From Podarcis filfolensis (Eukaryota), in the NCBI GenBank assembly GCA_964270895.1, contig OZ185435.1: 64,000 nt of DNA; one strand, 5' to 3'. Below the pieces are notes generated by a model that saw only the letters and a program-made list of their open reading frames with translations, searched no databases and was not told the DNA's origin. The position numbers were made by a program, and so were the translations under genes. Below are positions 61,501 to 64,000 of this stretch, one piece after another. Numbering within the stretch: the first letter of the stretch is position 1; every line of letters begins with the position of its first letter.

Positions 61501-62792
61501 GCAGAGAGCTGAGCAGGGTAGCATACAAAATAAATTCTGAAAAATCATCAGCTTGTAAGGCTTTCTTACTTTATTTATACTTCTACTAGTTTACTTACAT
61601 TGCATGTTTTGTTTCTGTTGCACTTTCACAAATGAAAGTGAAAAGACAACATTTTTGCAATATTGAATGACAAACGCAAGCAGTGACTTTGCTGGCAGTC
61701 ATTAAATACCCAGCAGCAATTAACCTGCTCTTTACAATTTCTCGGCCATTGTAATACCAGGTACAGATTTCACTGAGTTTCACATGTATATAGCCATTGT
61801 TATACGTGATCATTCGTCTCCTACAGAGACCCTGCACACTGCAGTAACAAGCTGGACTTCAAGATCTGGATCCGTGTTTCATTGCATTCATTTCAGACTT
61901 TATTAGCATCAAAGGCATCTTTTTTTGAATGTGCAGCAGCCACAGTCCTGAAATGTGCATGCCGTGTGAAGCATTGTCATTCAAAGCTGGGTTTCATTGA
62001 GATGGCTCTAAAGATGGATCACTCTAGTCTTTTTGTATTCATCCAGACTTACGAAGTGGAAATATTGCAAAACTGCTTAGGAAACGTTAGTCAAGCAAAG
62101 TACATAAAAACAGTTGTACAAATAAGAAATGTGCTCATGAATCACTGTTGACAAACTACAAATGAATGCATACAAACTTCATAGGAAAACACCACATCAA
62201 TACACTGTTGAACGCATCAGATCTAAAAATATGATTTTTTTTAAAATCTGCAAACCAGCAGAAAAATGAAGATAGCATATTTTGGCAAACCCACCGTAAT
62301 CTGTTTGGGGGTTCTCTTGCTTTCCACCTTCATCATATTTAATGGACACCAATTAAAAGTCCTAATATTCAGTGTTGCCTACACTAATTTTAATTGCTTT
62401 CTGTGCATACATTAGTTGTTCAGCAATCATATATCAAATTAGCACTCATCATGTAGCGCAGACATGTCTGCTGAGATCCTGTTTCTCTTTTTGCCCTTGG
62501 TCCCAACCCTGAGGTTGACCTCAGAAATGGGGGCAGGTCCATGTAGTTTGTGCCCACTAATTGCCATGTACAAGCATCAGCAGAGTTGTTCCTTGGGAAA
62601 TCTCATCTCCCAACTTGGCCTTTCTCCAGCCATCCCACAGATATTTAGCTTTAGTTACCATGTTTAGTATTCTGGGCATCAGCCCTAGTGATTTAGCAAG
62701 TTTGGTCAGCCTCTTGCCAGCCCCCTCCCCTGCCCCCCGTTCATGCTGCCCCTCCATTCTCAAGAAGGAAGTCTTTAGAGATGGTGCAGACC

Positions 62793-62997
62793 TAGGGTTG
62801 CCATCTTTCAAAAAGTGAAAATCCGGACACAAAACTCGTTGATCTTTTTTTGGAATATCTCAAAGAAGAAGAAGTTTTTGAGCTATTTTAAAGAAAATTC
62901 ACCTAAATCTACACTTCCCTGACATATCAGCTATTTCTGCCTGGACACAGCCAAATTTTGGCTATGTCCAGGAAGTTCCAGATGTATAGCACCCCTG
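62793..62997. mobile_element. hAT-type MITE
   Basis: TAGGGTTGCCA...TAGCACCCCTG imperfect TIRs with 8-bp TSD TGCAGACC (62785-62792 / 62998-63005). Confidence 0.75.
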
Positions 62998-64000
62998 TGC
63001 AGACCTAAATTAGGGAGGCTTTGGGCCAATGTAATCATGCACAATTGAGGCTGCACATCCTTTGTACAGGGCCATGTGATAATGCACATACAATCCTGAC
63101 AACATTTACATCCCCATCATCCAAACCACATGAAGAGATGTGTCTAAATTAAAACATTAGCATCTACTCAGTTCAGCCAGCAAATTGCTCATTTGTGGAC
63201 AGAATCCTTCTCAGCCGGAGTCTGAACACCAGCCAGCTGAATGAAGAGCACTTGTGAACAGAGCAGCCACGAACTGTGTTAGGGATCCCAGCAATATCTG
63301 AGAGCAGAAGCTGCATGTACAGTCCTAATGATCCACCCTTGTAGTAAATGGCACAGGTTTCTAAGACACCTGTGGGGCAACAGGTATCTCAAACAGAAAA
63401 CAGAGGCAAAAGGAATCAACGCCTGATTCAAGTTTCATCTTCATATCACATCTTCCTAAACCTGAAACTGAGGTTATAGACTTCTGTTTCCCTTTTTGCC
63501 AGGCAATTAAGAGTGCCTCTGAGATGGGATTTTCATTTCATTTATAAAAGTGAACTCTCCTCTTCAAATACTCATGAACATGGTTGAGGCAAGCAAACTC
63601 CTGCTTATCTGGATCCTCCTCTTACCTGGATCCTGCAGGCATATGGACCCCCTTCTCCCAGTGCCCCGTCACTTATCTGGGCAGTGAGTGGGTACTCCCA
63701 CTGGGCTCATTTTCCCCGCTGGGCTTGGGACTAGGACTGCCAGTCCCAGAATCCTCTGCACAGAGTCAAGTTTTCCGTTAATGGATACTTGGACTGGTAA
63801 CCCCAATCCCATTCCTGTCAGGAAATGATGCTCTGCCTGGGGAGCAACTCCCTGTTCCCTGACCCAAGGTAAGTTTTGGGTGTAATATTATTGACAGTCT
63901 GCCTCCCAAGGGTGAAGATAATAAGAGCCCAGCCGGTCCAGCATTCCCTTTCCCACAGTGGCCTCCATGCTAAAGGATGGGGGAAATGTAGATGAAGGGT

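Noticed and set aside
63822-63868. Exon-like segment (gtcag|...CCAAG|gtaagt) as the next MLPH exon
   Set aside because: 47 nt, weak polypyrimidine tract, and the peptide EMMLCLGSNSLFPDP has no resemblance to MLPH; likely cryptic. RNA-seq would decide.

Overview
Eukaryotic genomic DNA from a squamate reptile. The Sauria SINE, Squam3-like SINE, BovB, CR1, L1, L2 and Penelope repeats point to a lacertid-type lizard; the species assignment is inference. The one recognisable protein-coding gene is melanophilin (MLPH, + strand), the Rab27a-myosin Va adaptor for melanosome transport. I assembled 10 GT-AG coding exons (21072-58571) with consistent phases into 1380 nt / 460 codons with no stop. They encode the Slp-homology Rab27-binding domain with 8 Zn-binding Cys, the myosin-Va-binding KRLLSV..FDFE motif and the RRKLEEL coiled coil. 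I found no exon for the C-terminal actin-binding region, so it probably lies beyond the window. A CpG island at about 7.8-9.2 kb with a TATA-like box and MITF-type E-boxes is the likely non-coding first exon and promoter. Most ORFs in the supplied track are repeat fragments or chance ORFs. I cannot demonstrate a new biological system. The best leads are: (1) a ~1.1 kb inverted duplication bracketing the putative promoter; (2) a solo LTR with intact promoter signals 114 bp from the first coding exon; (3) a Penelope-derived perfect 53-bp hairpin containing a minimal hammerhead ribozyme motif; (4) a symmetric 39-nt micro-exon encoding an RxxSxP motif; (5) SOXE/MITF motif clusters.
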